63,787 nucleotides of DNA from Chiloscyllium plagiosum (Eukaryota): the NCBI RefSeq assembly GCF_004010195.1, contig NC_057760.1, forward strand, positions 4,262,446 through 4,326,232, in the 5' to 3' direction. The position numbers and the translations under genes were made by a program. Shown here piece by piece: positions 25,906 to 38,317 of the stretch. The notes below the pieces were generated by a model. The model was not told where the DNA came from. It ran no database searches and saw only the letters and a program-made list of their open reading frames with translations. Position 1 is the first letter of the stretch, and each line of letters begins with the position of its first letter.

Positions 25906-28810
25906 TAGAACATAGAACATAGAACATAGAACATAGAACAGTACAGCAAAGAACAGGCCCTTCAGCCCACGATGTTGTGCTGACCACTGATCCTCATGTA
26001 TGCCCCCTCAAATATCTGTGACCATATGCATGTCCAGCAGTCTCTTAAATGTCCCCAATGACCTTGCTTCCACAACTGCTGCTGGCAACGCATTCCATGC
26101 TCTCACAACTCTCTGTGTAACGAACCCGCCTCTGACATCCCCTCTATACTTTCCGCCAACCAGCTTAAAACTATGACCCCTCGTGTTAGTCATTTCTGCC
26201 CTGGGAAATAGTCTCTGGCTATCGACTCTATCTATGCCTCTCATTATCTGTATACCTCAATTAGGTCCCCTCTCCTCCTCCTTTTCTCCAATGAAAAAAG
26301 TCCGAGCTCAGTCAACCTCTCCTCATAAGATAAGCCCTCCAGTCCAGGCAGCATCCTGATAAATCTTTTCTGAACCCTCTCCAAAGCATCCACATCTTTC
26401 CTATAATAGGGCGACCAGAAATGGACGAAGTATTCCAAGTGCAGTCTAACCAAAGTTTTATAGAGCTGCAACAAGATCTCATGACTCTTAAACTCAAACC
26501 CCCTGTTAATGAAAGCCAAAACACCATATGCTTTCTTAACAACCCTGTCCACTTGGGTGGCCATTTTAAGGGATCCATGTACCTGCACACCAAGATCCCT
26601 CTGTTCCTCCACACTGCCAAGAATCCTATCCTTACTCCTGTACTCAGCTTTCAAATTCGACCTTCCAAAATGCATCACCTCACATTTATCCAGGTTGAAC
26701 TCCATCTGCCACCTCTCAGCCCATCTCTGCATCTGTCAATGTCCCACTGCAGCCTACAACAGCTCTCTATACTGTCAACGACACCTCCAACCTTTGTGTC
26801 ATCTGCAAACTTGCTGACCCATCCTTCAATCCCCTCATCCAAGTCATTAATAAAAATTACAAACAGTAGAGGCCCAAGAACAGAGCCCTGTGGAACACCA
26901 CTCACCACTGACTTCCAGGCAGAATATTTTCCTTCCACTACCACTCGCTGTCTTCTGTTGGGCAGCCAATTCCCTATCCAGACAGCTAAGTTCCCCTGAA
27001 TCCAATTCCTCCTGACCTTCTGAATGAGCCTACCATGGGGAACCTTATCAAATGCCTTGCTGAAGTCCATATAAACCACATCCACAGCTCGACCCTCATC
27101 AACTTTTCTAGTCACATCCTCAAAGAACTCGATAAGGTTTGTGAGGCATGACCTGCCCCTCACAAAGCTGCGTTGACTGCATTTAATCAAGCCATGCTCT
27201 CCCAGATGGTCATAAATCCTATCCCTCAGAATCCTTTCTAACACCTTGCAGATGACAGACGTGAGACTTACTGGTCTGTAATTGCCGGGGATTTCCCCAT
27301 TTCCTTTCTTGAAGAGAGGAATTACATTTGCCTCTCTCCAGTCCTCAGGTACGACTCCAGTGGAGAGCGCGGATACAAAGATCTTCGCAAGTGGCGAAGC
27401 AATTGGATTTCTTGTTTCCCAAAGCAGCCGAGGACAAATCTGGTCCAGGCCTGGCGACTTGTCAATCTTAATGTTTGACAAAATTTTCAGCACATCAGCT
27501 ACTTCTATCTCTATCCATTCCAGCATGCACACCTGCTCTTCAAAGGTTTCATTCACTACAAAGTTTGTTTCTTTCGTAAAGATGGAAGCAAAAAACTCAT
27601 TTAGGGCTTCCCCTACCTCCTCAGACTCCACACACAAATTCCCTATGCTATCCCTGATCGGCCCTACTCTTTCTTTGACCATTCTCTTATTCCTCACGTA
27701 AGTGTAAAATGCCTTTGTGTTNNNNNNNNNNNNNNNNNNNNNNNNNNNNNNNNNNNNNNNNNNNNNNNNNNNNNNNNNNNNNNNNNNNNNNNNACCACCT
27801 CTCTCTCTGTCCCCGTCTTTCTGTACCACCTCTCTCTGCCCACTCTGCCTCTCCTCTCTCTCTGTCCCCCCGCTCTCAGTCTACCACTTGTCTGTCTCAG
27901 AGGGACATATTTATTCATCATTTGCAACAACTGTTCCTTAAACAGTCTCCACATGTCTACAGTGCCTTTACCATGGAACAATTGCTCCCAATGCATGCTT
28001 CCTAACTCATGTCTAATCGCATCATAGTTTCCTCTTCCTCAATTAAATATCCTCCCATTTTGCCTAATCCTCTCCTCCTCCATAGCTATGTAGAATGTGA
28101 GGCAGTTGTGGTCACTATCACCAAAATGCTCTCCCACCACAAGATCTGATACCTGCCCCGGCTCATTTCCGAGCACCAAGTCTAGAATGGCCTCTCCCCT
28201 CGTCGGCCTGTCAAAGTACTGAGTTAGAAAACCCTCCTGAACACACCTTACAAAAACAGCTCCATTCAAATCTTCTGCTCGAAGGAGGTTCCAATCAATA
28301 TCAGGAAAGTTAAAGTCACCCATTACAACAATCCTACTACGTCCACATTTTTCCAAAATCTGCCGACCTATGCTTTCTTCCATCTCCCTGCTGCTACTGG
28401 GGGGGCTTGTTGTAAACCCCTAAAGAGGTAACTGCTCCCTTGCTGTTTCTAATTTCCACCCATAATGACTTGGTAGGCAGATCTTCCTCTCTGATTAGTA
28501 GTGATACACCCCCTCCTCTTTTTCCCCTCTCCCTATTCTTTTTAAATGCTCTAAACCCTGGAACATCCAGCAACCATTCCTGCCCCTGAGAAACCCATGT
28601 CTCTGTTATGGCCACAACATCACAGCACCAGGTACTGATCCATGCTCTAAGCTCATCACTTTTATTCCGGATATTCCTTGCGTTAAAGCAAATACACTTT
28701 AACTGATCCCTGGTTCCTTCCCAGGAAAATCCTTCCGACTAGCTTGTCTACCTTTTGCTATTGCCTGATCTGCATCAACTCTCACCTCCGGTATACAGCT
28801 CAGGTTCCCA
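25906..28810 (-). mobile_element. CR1 LINE ORF2, relatively young, with frameshifts, a gap and a CT-rich insertion
   Basis: ORFs 26675-27829 and 26244-26732 contain [30 protein letters not shown] and KFADDTK; (AGAACAT)n tail at 25906-25940. Confidence 0.92.
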
Positions 28811-29249
28811 TCCCCCTGCCATACTAGTTCTATTTGTTTTCCAGAGGAGTGAAGGAGAAAATATTAATTGGAGATATTGTAGAGGTCACAAACTACCCCC
28901 CATTATGAGATTTGGACCAAAGACAGACTTAGCAAATAGAGATGTTGTAGTTGGACAAGTGAAACACGTCCATATAGAAGGACTGATTATATATTGGAAA
29001 ATTAATTGGCAGATTCAAGAATGTCTCACCAAGGAAAATGGAACAACAGCCGAAATAAAAGAAACTGAAATACTATAGGAGAAGCATCCAGGATTATACC
29101 CTGACTGTATTGTGACAAAATCTCAGACCCATAGAATCAGAAAGGAAGTAGATGAGTCTGTGGGGAAAGGAGACATAGAAATTTAGTTATCATACAGAAT
29201 ATTTCAAACTAGAATAAAAGGGATGTGGGTAAAGAAAATTAGGTTGATG

Positions 29250-29870
29250 GGAGAATGGAATGGGGGTAGTACTGACATGAACAATGAAATGGCTGGCAGA
29301 CAGGAAAAAACATGAGTAGGAATAAACAAGTCTTTTTCTGGGTGGCAGCCAGTGATCGTTGGGTATTGAAAGGTTCAATACTGGGATCCCAGTTATTTAA
29401 CATTAATGATCATTGATTACGAAACGAATTGTAATATCTCCAAGTTCACAAGCAACATGAAACTGGGTGGGAGGATAAACTGTGAGAAAGATACAGAGAT
29501 AATTCAGTGTGATTTGGAGAAGTTGAGTGAGTGAGCAAATGTACGGTGCATGTAGTATATTGTGAATAAATGTGAGGTTATCCACTTTGGGAGCATAAGC
29601 AGGAAGGCAATTATTATCTGAACGGGAACAGATTGGGAAAGTGCAACAAGACCAGGGTGACTTTGTCCACCAGTCATCCAAAGTAAGCATGCAGGTGCAG
29701 CTGGTAGTGAAGAAGGCAAATGTTATGCAGGACTTCAGAATGAGATATTCAAGTTCACAAGCATGTATGTGTTGCTACAATTGTACAGGACATTGGTGAG
29801 ACCACCTGTGTGCAGTTTTGGTCTTCATATCTGAGAAAGGATATTCTGGCAATGGAGGGAGTGCAACTAA
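29250..29870 (+). mobile_element. Old CR1 RT/3' fragment
   Basis: Decayed GSILG, KCEVIHFG and LYRTLVRP motifs. Confidence 0.6.
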
Positions 29871-30816
29871 ATTCATTTTAACCACCCTGTTCATATACCA
29901 TATCAAATCAAAAAGAAACTCAGTGATGTAAATTATATAGTGAGTACTCCTGACAAGATGAAATATCAAAGATTGTATCATGTTAATTTATCAAAGAGAT
30001 ATTATGACAGGGAGGATAGTCATGAGAAAAGTATATTTAAGGTATGAGTTAGAATTAGAATTAGATTTTAAAATCTAATTCTAATTCAAGTGAAAACTGT
30101 AAGTCACCATTTTTTGGCACCATCTTAAATACAAAAACCAGAATTAAAACAAAACAAAAGCAGAAATAAAAGAAACAGAGCCAAGAAGAAAGGGAAACAT
30201 CCAGATCTTAAAGTCTTATTTCCATCAAGAGAGCGACCTTTTCTGAAGCCCAAGTCATTCAGGCCCAGCCATGGCCTGGAGCCTTGTCCAGTTTGCAACA
30301 TGCTTCTTTGTTGACGTCCTTGTCCTGACTTTGCTGGTTCTGGCACTGCTGGTGGTGGCTCCCGGAACTCGGGCCTCAATTGTAGGACCTTTGCTGCCAC
30401 TCCCACCCGAAAATATCAGAGTAATTGGAGAATTAATCAGAAATCGAAAATTTTAAACTTGATCCTCCAGCAATGAGATTGGATCTTATGGAGGTGTTAA
30501 GAGATTAGATGGCAAGATACTTTATTATACAGAAAACTATCTAAGTGCCTTACAAAGGCTATTTTAGATGCATAAACAATATGTGTTTAAAGTCCAAGAA
30601 AGAAAATCTTTGACTGTTCATTATGTCCATGTAGTGTGTGTGTTACCTATAGATTCAATTTAGAGAAATTAACTCAAGATTAAGTTCATGGTAGACAATT
30701 ACTGGAACTCATCTATTGTGACAGTGCCAAAAACCAGAAGGATTGCAAAGACTCTGCAAGAAATCAATGCAATAAGAGAACTTGTATTCCAAGAATGAAA
30801 TACTGCTCAAAGAATT

Positions 30817-32870
30817 GAACAAAGAACAAAGAAGAACAAAGAAAATTTACAGCCTAGGAACAGGCCCTTCAGCCCTCCAAGCCTGAGCCGATCCAAATGT
30901 ACTGTCTAAACCTGTCGGTCAATTCCTAAGCATCTGTATCCCTCTGCTCCCCACCTACTCATGCATCTGTCCAGACGCATCTTAAAAGAATCTACCGTGC
31001 CTGCCTCTACCACCTCTACTGGCAATGCGTTCCAAATGCCCACCATCCTCTGTGTGAAGTAATTACTGTGTGTATCCCCCTTAAATTTTCCACCTCTCAT
31101 CTTGAAAGCGTGACCTCTCGTTATTGAATCCTTGACCCTGGGAAAAAGCTTGTCTCTATCCACCCTGTCTACACCCTTCATTATTTTGTAAACATCAATC
31201 GGATTCCCCTTAATTTCCTTTTTTCTAATAAAATAAACCTAACCTACTCAACCTTACTTCATAGCTAGCACCTTCCAAACCAGGCAACATCTCGTAAACC
31301 TTCTCTGCACCCTCTCCAAAGCATCCACATCCTTTTGGTAATGTGGCAACCAGAACTGTACACCGTATTCCAAATGCGGCCGAACCAATGTCTTGTACAA
31401 TTTTAACATGACTTGCCAGCTCTTATACTCAATACCCCGTCCAATGAAGTCAAGCATACTATATGCCTTCTTGACCACTCTATCCACCTTTGCAGCAACC
31501 TTCAGGGTAAAATGGACCTGCACTCCCAGCTCTCTCTGCCCATCAACTTTTCCCAAGGCTCTTCCGTTCATTGTATAATTCGCTNNNNNNNNNNNNNNNN
31601 NNNNNNNNNNNNNNNNNNNNNNNNNNNNNNNNNNNNNNNNNNNNNNNNNNNNNNNNNNNNNNNNNNNNNNNNNNNNNNNNNNNNNNNNNNNNNNNNNNNN
31701 NNNNNNNNNNNNNNNNNNNNNNNNNNNNNNNNNNNNNNNNNNNNNNNNNNNNNNNNNNNNNNNNNNNNNNNNNNNNNNNNNNNNNNNNNNNNNNNNNNNN
31801 NNNNNNNNNNNNNNNNNNNNNNNNNNNNNNNNNNNNNNNNNNNNNNNNNNNNNNNNNNNNNNNNNNNNNNNNNNNNNNNNNNNNNNNNNNNNNNNNNNNN
31901 NNNNNNNNNNNNNNNNNNNNNNNNNNNNNNNNNNNNNNNNNNNNNNNNNNNNNNNNNNNNNNNNNNNNNNNNNNNNNNNNNNNNNNNNNNNNNNNNNNNN
32001 NNNNNNNNNNNNNNNNNNNNNNNNNNNNNNNNNNNNNNNNNNNNNNNNNNNNNNNNNNNNNNNNNNNNNNNNNNNNNNNNNNNNNNNNNNNNNNNNNNNN
32101 NNNNNNNNNNNNNNNNNNNNNNNNNNNNNNNNNNNNNNNNNNNNNNNNNNNNNNNNNNNNNNNNNNNNNNNNNNNNNNNNNNNNNNNNNNNNNNNNNNNN
32201 NNNNNNNNNNNNNNNNNNNNNNNNNNNNNNNNNNNNNNNNNNNNNNNNNNNNNNNNNNNNNNNNNNNNNNNNNNNNNNNNNNNNNNNNNNNNNNNNNNNN
32301 NNNNNNNNNNNNNNNNNNNNNNNNNNNNNNNNNNNNNNNNNNNNNNNNNNNNNNNNNNNNNNNNNNNNNNNNNNNNNNNNNNNNNNNNNNNNNNNNNNNN
32401 NNNNNNNNNNNNNNNNNNNNNNNNNNNNNNNNNNNTTAGCATGGCCAATTCACCTGACCTGCACATCTTTGGACTGTGGGAGGAAACAGGAGCACCCGGA
32501 GGAAACCCACGCAGACACGGGGAGAATGTGCAAACTCCACACAGTCAGTCGCCTGAGGAGGGAATTGAACCCGGGTCTCTGGAGCTGTGAGGCAGCAGTG
32601 CTAACCACTGTGCCACCGTGCCGCCCAAATATCCCTATGTCAATGTGATCCAGACTAATCCAAACTTCTATCTCTAATCTCAACATTCATCATGTTCCTC
32701 TCCTCAGTGAACACTGATGCAAAGCAAAATATCAATCAGAATCTCACCCATTCTCTCAGGTTCGACACACAACCTTCCTTCATTATCCTTTAGTGGACCA
32801 ATCCTTTTTCGAGTAACCCACTTGCTTCTTATATAAGAATAAAATGCTTTGGGATTCTCCTTAATTCTGG
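30817..32870 (-). mobile_element. CR1 LINE 3' half spanning the gap at 31585-32435
   Basis: LYKTLVRPHLEYGVQFW before the gap and KENPKAFYSY after it; gaacaaa-type tail. Confidence 0.85.
32436..32626 (-). mobile_element. HE1-type SINE (5' part)
   Basis: Reverse complement of gggcggcacggtggcacagtggttagcactgctgcctcacag...ggttcaattcc. Confidence 0.85.
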
Positions 32871-35440
32871 AGGCTGTGGAGAAGGTAGCACTGACAGGGA
32901 ATACTTGCGGACACAGACATGGGCTCAAGTGTGTATACTTCAACGCAAGGAGTATCAGAAATAAGTTGGGTGAACTTAAGGTGTGGATCGGTACTTGGGA
33001 CTACGATGTTGTGGCCATCACGGAAACATGAATAGAAGAGGGACAGGAATAGTTGTTGGAGGTTCCTGGTTACAGATGTTTCAGTAAGATTGAGGGGGTG
33101 GTAAAAAAGGAGGGGGGGTGGCATTGCTAATTAGAAATGGTATAACGGCTGCAGAAAGGCAGTTTGAGGGGGATCTGCCTTTGGAGGTAGTATAGGCTGA
33201 AGTCAGAAATACGATAGGAGCAGTCACCTTGTTGGGTGTTTACTATAGACCCCCCAATAGCAGCAGAGATGTGGAGAAACAGATTGGGAAACAGATTTTG
33301 GAAAGGTGCAGAAGCCATAGGGTAGTAGTCATGGGCGATTTCAACTTCCCAAATATTGATTGGAAGCTCTTTAGATCAAGTAGATTGGACAGGGCGGTGT
33401 TTGTGCAGTGTGTCCAGGAAGCTTTTCTAACTTAGTATGTAGATTGTCTGACCAGAGGGGAGGCCATATTGGATTTGGTACGTGGTAATGAAACGGGACA
33501 AGTGATGGGCTTGTTAGTGGGTGAGCATTTTGGTGATGGTGACCACAATTCTGTGACTTTCACCTTGGTTATGGAGAGAGATAGGCGCATGCAACAGGGC
33601 AGGTTTTACAATTGGGGGAAGGGTAAATACGATGCTGCAAGACAGGATCTGAGGAGCATAAATTGGGAGCATAGGCTGTCAGGGAAGGATCTCGTTGAAA
33701 AGTGGAACTTTTTCCAGGAACAGATACGACATGTCCTTGATATGTATGTACCTGTCAGGCAGGAAAGAGATGGTCGTGTGAGGGAACTTGGTTGACGAGG
33801 GAGGTTGAATGTCTTGTAAGGAGGAAGAAGGGGCCTTACATAAGGTTGAGGAAACAAGGTTCAGACAGAGTATTGGAGGGTTACAGGATAGCCAGGAGGG
33901 ACCTGAAGAAAGGGATTTGGAGAGCTAAGAGAGGGCATGAAAAATCAATGGCGGGTAGGATCAAGGATAACCCCAAGGCCTTTTATGCGTATGTGAGAAA
34001 CATGAGAATGATGAGAATGAGGGTAGGTCCGATCAAGGACAGTAGTGGGAGACTGTGTATTGAGTCGGAAGAGATAGGAGAGGTCTTGAATGAGTACTTT
34101 TCTTCAGTATTTACAAATGAGAGGGACCGTATTGTTGAAGAGGAGAGTGTGAAACAACTTGTAAGCTAGAGGAGATACTTGTTAGGAAGGAAGAGGTGTT
34201 GGACATTTTGAATAACATGAGGATAGACAAGTCCACCGGGCCTGACGGGATATATCCTAGGATTATGTGGGAAACAAGAGAGGAAATNNNNNNNNNNNNN
34301 NNNNNNNNNNNNNNNNNNNNNNNNNNNNNNNNNNNNNNNNNNNNNNNNNNNNNNNNNNNNNNNNNNNNNNNNNNNNNNNNNNNNNNNNNNNNNNNNNNNN
34401 NNNNNNNNNNNNNNNNNNNNNNNNNNNNNNNNNNNNNNNNNNNNNNNNNNNNNNNNNNNNNNNNNNNNNNNNNNNNNNNNNNNNNNNNNNNNNNNNNNNN
34501 NNNNNNNNNNNNNNNNNNNNNNNNNNNNNNNNNNNNNNNNNNNNNNNNNNNNNNNNNNNNNNNNNNNNNNNNNNNNNNNNNNNNNNNNNNNNNNNNNNNN
34601 NNNNNNNNNNNNNNNNNNNNNNNNNNNNNNNNNNNNNNNNNNNNNNNNNNNNNNNNNNNNNNNNNNNNNNNNNNNNNNNNNNNNNNNNNNNNNNNNNNNN
34701 NNNNNNNNNNNNNNNNNNNNNNNNNNNNNNNNNNNNNNNNNNNNNNNNNNNNNNNNNNNNNNNNNNNNNNNNNNNNNNNNNNNNNNNNNNNNNNNNNNNN
34801 NNNNNNNNNNNNNNNNNNNNNNNNNNNNNNNNNNNNNNNNNNNNNNNNNNNNNNNNNNNNNNNNNNNNNNNNNNNNNNNNNNNNNNNNNNNNNNNNNNNN
34901 NNNNNNNNNNNNNNNNNNNNNNNNNNNNNNNNNNNNNNNNNNNNNNNNNNNNNNNNNNNNNNNNNNNNNNNNNNNNNNNNNNNNNNNNNNNNNNNNNNNN
35001 NNNNNNNNNNNNNNNNNNNNNNNNNNNNNNNNNNNNNNNNNNNNNNNNNNNNNNNNNNNNNNNNNNNNNNNNNNNNNNNNNNNNNNNNNNNNNNNNNNNN
35101 NNNNNNNNNNNNNNNNNNNNNNNNNNNNNNNNNNNNNNNNNGGGGAATAGATAGAGTAGACAGTCAGAGACTTTTTCCCCGGGTACAACAGAGTGTTACA
35201 AGGGGACATAAATTTAAGGTGAAGGGTGGAAGGTATAGGAGGGATGTCAGGGGTACGTTCTTTACCCAGAGAGTGGTGGGGGCATGGAATGCGCTGCCTG
35301 TGGGAGTGGCAGAGTCAGAATCATTGGTGACCTTTAAGCGGCAATTGGATAGGTGCTTAAGCTAGGACAAATGTTCGGCACAACATCGTGGGCCGAAGGG
35401 CCTGTTCTGTGCTGTATTGTTCTATGTTCTATGTTCTATA
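32870..35440 (+). mobile_element. CR1 LINE ORF2 spanning the gap at 34288-35141
   Basis: CVYFNARSI, GVYYRPP, GDFNFPNIDW, DKSTGPDGIYPR; 3' end with (TTCTATG)n. Confidence 0.9.
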
Positions 35441-35630
35441 TGCAGGTTAGGTGAATTAGCCATGCTAAATTGCCCACAGGGTTCAGGGATGTGTAGATTA
35501 GGTGCATTAGTAAGGGTTAAGTATAGGAGAATGAGTCTGGGTGGGTTCCTCTTCGGAGGTTTGGCATGGACTTGATGGGCCAAAGGGTCTGTTTCCACAT
35601 GGTAGGGATTCTATGTGTGGATTCTATGAT
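35441..35630 (+). mobile_element. HE1-type SINE 3' portion
   Basis: tgcaggttaggtgaattagccatgctaaattgccc...gggccaaagggtctgtttcc. Confidence 0.7.
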
Positions 35631-35634
35631 TATA

Positions 35635-36872
35635 TTTTCGGCGACTCACTCAACACTGACATCTATTTCAAATCCACCGACTCCCACACCTACCTAGACA
35701 TAACCTCCTCCCACCCCACCCCTATAAAAATGCCATCTCTTACTCCCAATTCCTCAGCCTCCACCGTATCTGGACCCAAAAGGAGGAATTTCACTCCAGA
35801 ACATCTCAAATGACCTTCAAGGACTGCAATTTCCCCTCCCACAAAGTCAACAATACCCCCAACGCATCACCTCTACTTTCTGCACCTCTGTCCTTGAACC
35901 TCACTCCTCCAACCACAACAAGGATGGTACCCTGCTGGTCCTCACATTCCACCCCACCAATCTCTGGATACAATGCATCATCCTCCACCATTTCCGCCAC
36001 TTACAATCAGACCCCAACTCCACAGATATATTTCCCACCCCATCACTATCAGCATCCCGCTGAGACCATTCCCTCCGCGGCTTCCTCATTAGATCCATGC
36101 CCTTCCCCATCCCACCCTCCACTCCCGGCCCCTTCCCTTGCCACTGCAAGAGGTGTAAATCCTGCACCAACCACCTCCACCCCAGGCCCCAAAGGATCCT
36201 TCCACATCCGTGTGAGATTTTGCTGCATATCCAAACACCTCATCTGTTGTGTCTGTTGCTCCTAATGTAGTCTCCTCTACATTGTGAAGACAGGATGCCA
36301 ACTCACGGAACGTTCCAGAGAACATGTTTGGGACACTCGCAGCAAACAAGCCAACTGCCCTCTTGCTGAACACTTCAACATCGATCCCCACCCCCCCAAC
36401 CAAACTGCCAAGGATATTTAAGTCCTGGGCCTTCTGCATCCCCAAATCCTAGCCACATCTTCCATCTTAGGACTCTCCAATCACACAGCATCAATGTTGA
36501 TTTCACCAGTTTCCTCATCTCCCCTCCTCCACCTCACCCCAGATCCAACCTTCCAACTTGGCACCAACCTCTTGAACTGTCCCATCTGTCCATCTTCCTT
36601 CCCATCTATCCGCTCCATCCTACCACCATCACACCCCCCCCTTCGCCTGCATCTACATATCGCCTTCCAAGGTATTCTCCCCCAGACCCACTGTCCTCTC
36701 ATTTATCTCAAGTGCCCTTCCCACACTTCCTCCCCCCCACCACATTCCTGAAGGGCTTATACCCGAAACATCGACACTCCTGCTCCTTGGACACTGCCTG
36801 ACCTCCTGTGCTTTTCTAGTGCCACACATTTTGACTCTGATCTCCAGCATCTGCAGTCCTCTCTTTCTCCCA
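35635..36872 (+). mobile_element. Penelope-like element 3' part (second family; GIY-YIG and terminal repeat)
   Basis: TDIYFKSTDSHTYLD; GIY-YIG remnant LICCVCCS..LLYI; ends with tctccagcatctgcagtcc like the hairpin elements. Confidence 0.75.
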
Positions 36873-37680
36873 TTGAAATCCCCAACCTAGAGTGCATTTT
36901 GTGCCCTTGCCATCCTCAGTGCTTCCTCCAAGTGTTGTTCAACATGGAGGAGTATCTATTCATCAGCTGAGTGATGATGATATGTGGTAATCAGCAGGAA
37001 GTTTCCTTGCCCATGTTCAACCTGAAGCCATGAGACTTCATGCAGCCTGGAGTCAATTCTGAGGACTCACAGGGCAACTCCCTCGTGATGCCACTTCTGC
37101 CAGCAGGACAGGGCATATCCAGGGATTTGCAATTTTTGAGAAGAAAATCAGAAGAAACCCAGCAGACCATCAGACAGACAGTTCCATCAACACTAAGCAG
37201 GAAGAAAGAAGGGTACACCCTCAACTCACAGGAAAGGAAAGTCTAGAAAGACTCAGAAAAGACAGAAACATTATGATTGTACCTGCAGACAAAGGGCGCA
37301 TGACTATCATCCTAAACAGAACACAGTACATTGAAAAAGGTGAACTCACTGCTCACAGATACCGACACCTACAAACAGATGGTGATAGACCCAACTCCAC
37401 AGCTAGAAAACCATATCACAGCTGAACTGAAGAAACTCCATACGTCAGTCAAAATAAACAAGACAGATCTCCAAAGAATGAAACCTGGTGGATCCAGTAC
37501 ACCCTGCATCTACAGATTACTCAAGATATGCAAACATGGGGCCCCCCTCAGACCCACAGTCTTACTCCTTGGCACACCGACATACAAACTAGCAAAGGAA
37601 TCCATCTAAAACTGAAATACCTAGTTGATGACTCACGTCACTCCATACACTCCATCCAAGAATTCCTGAACATCGTCAAA

Positions 37681-37893
37681 GATGTCAGGGGTGGGTTCTT
37701 TACCCAGAGAGTGGTGGGGGCATGGAATGCGCTGCCTGTGGGAGTGGTAGAGTCAGAACCTTTGGTGACCTTTAAGCGGCAATTGGATAGGTACATGGAT
37801 GGGTGCTTAAGCTAGGACAAATGTTCGGCACAACATCGTGGGCCGAAGGGCCTGTTCTGTGCTGTATTGTTCTATGTTCTATCTATGTTCTAT
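37681..37893 (+). mobile_element. Short young CR1 3' end inserted into the Penelope element
   Basis: Nearly identical to 41-256; the Penelope RT frame resumes after it. Confidence 0.88.
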
Positions 37894-38074
37894 GATATCA
37901 AGATAGAAGTGGACGAAGTCATAGTCTCCTTCAACGTAACAGCCCTATTCACATCCATTAACATCAGCCTCACCAACAAAACAGTGACCTCACTACTAAA
38001 CGAACCAAGGACACAAACACCAGACAGCACCAACTCCATCAGCAAAGACAGCATCCTCAAGCTAGTAGACCTGT

Positions 38075-38317
38075 AAAATGTGTTGCTGGAAAAGCGCAGT
38101 AGGTCAGGCAGCATCCAAGGAGCAGGAGAATCGACGTTTCGGGCATAAGCTCTTCTTCAGGAAGAGTAGAGTATGTGTTAGAGTATGATTCCCTGAAGAA
38201 GGGCTTATGCCCGAAACGTCGTTTCTCCTGCTCCTTGGATGCTGCCTGACCTGCTGCGCTTTTCCAGCAACACATTTTTCAGCTCTGATCTCCAGCATCT
38301 GCAGTTCTCACTTTCTC
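38075..38317 (-). mobile_element. Penelope-derived fold-back element with 13-bp TSD
   Basis: Inverted arms about 38075-38161 and 38192-38279; TSD ctagtagacctgt at 38062-38074 and 38318-38330. Confidence 0.82.
38192..38220 (+). ncRNA. Minimal hammerhead ribozyme motif (a second copy on the minus strand at 38133-38161)
   Basis: CUGAAGA - A GGGC(uuau)GCCC - GAAAC GUC. Confidence 0.5.

Larger units (their letters stand above)
22430..30810 (+). mobile_element. Highly decayed Gmr1-type Gypsy LTR retrotransposon internal region, fragmented by later insertions
   Basis: Gag remnants: DEVTKYFTLFAKLA (~23000), LTGAEVTAYMGLSEEQ (~23400), IVIEEFRNCI (~25010). Protease-region VVVGQV...EKHPGLYPDCIVTKSQ (28940-29130). 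Integrase C-terminus PYQIKKKLSDVNYIVSTPDK...YHVNLSKRYY (29898-30015). RT start PYRFN...WNSSIVTVPK (30645-30800). Confidence 0.7.

Noticed and set aside
31413..35365. Long X-filled ORFs (also 8280-8873 and 27694-28005)
   Set aside because: Artefacts of N-gaps.
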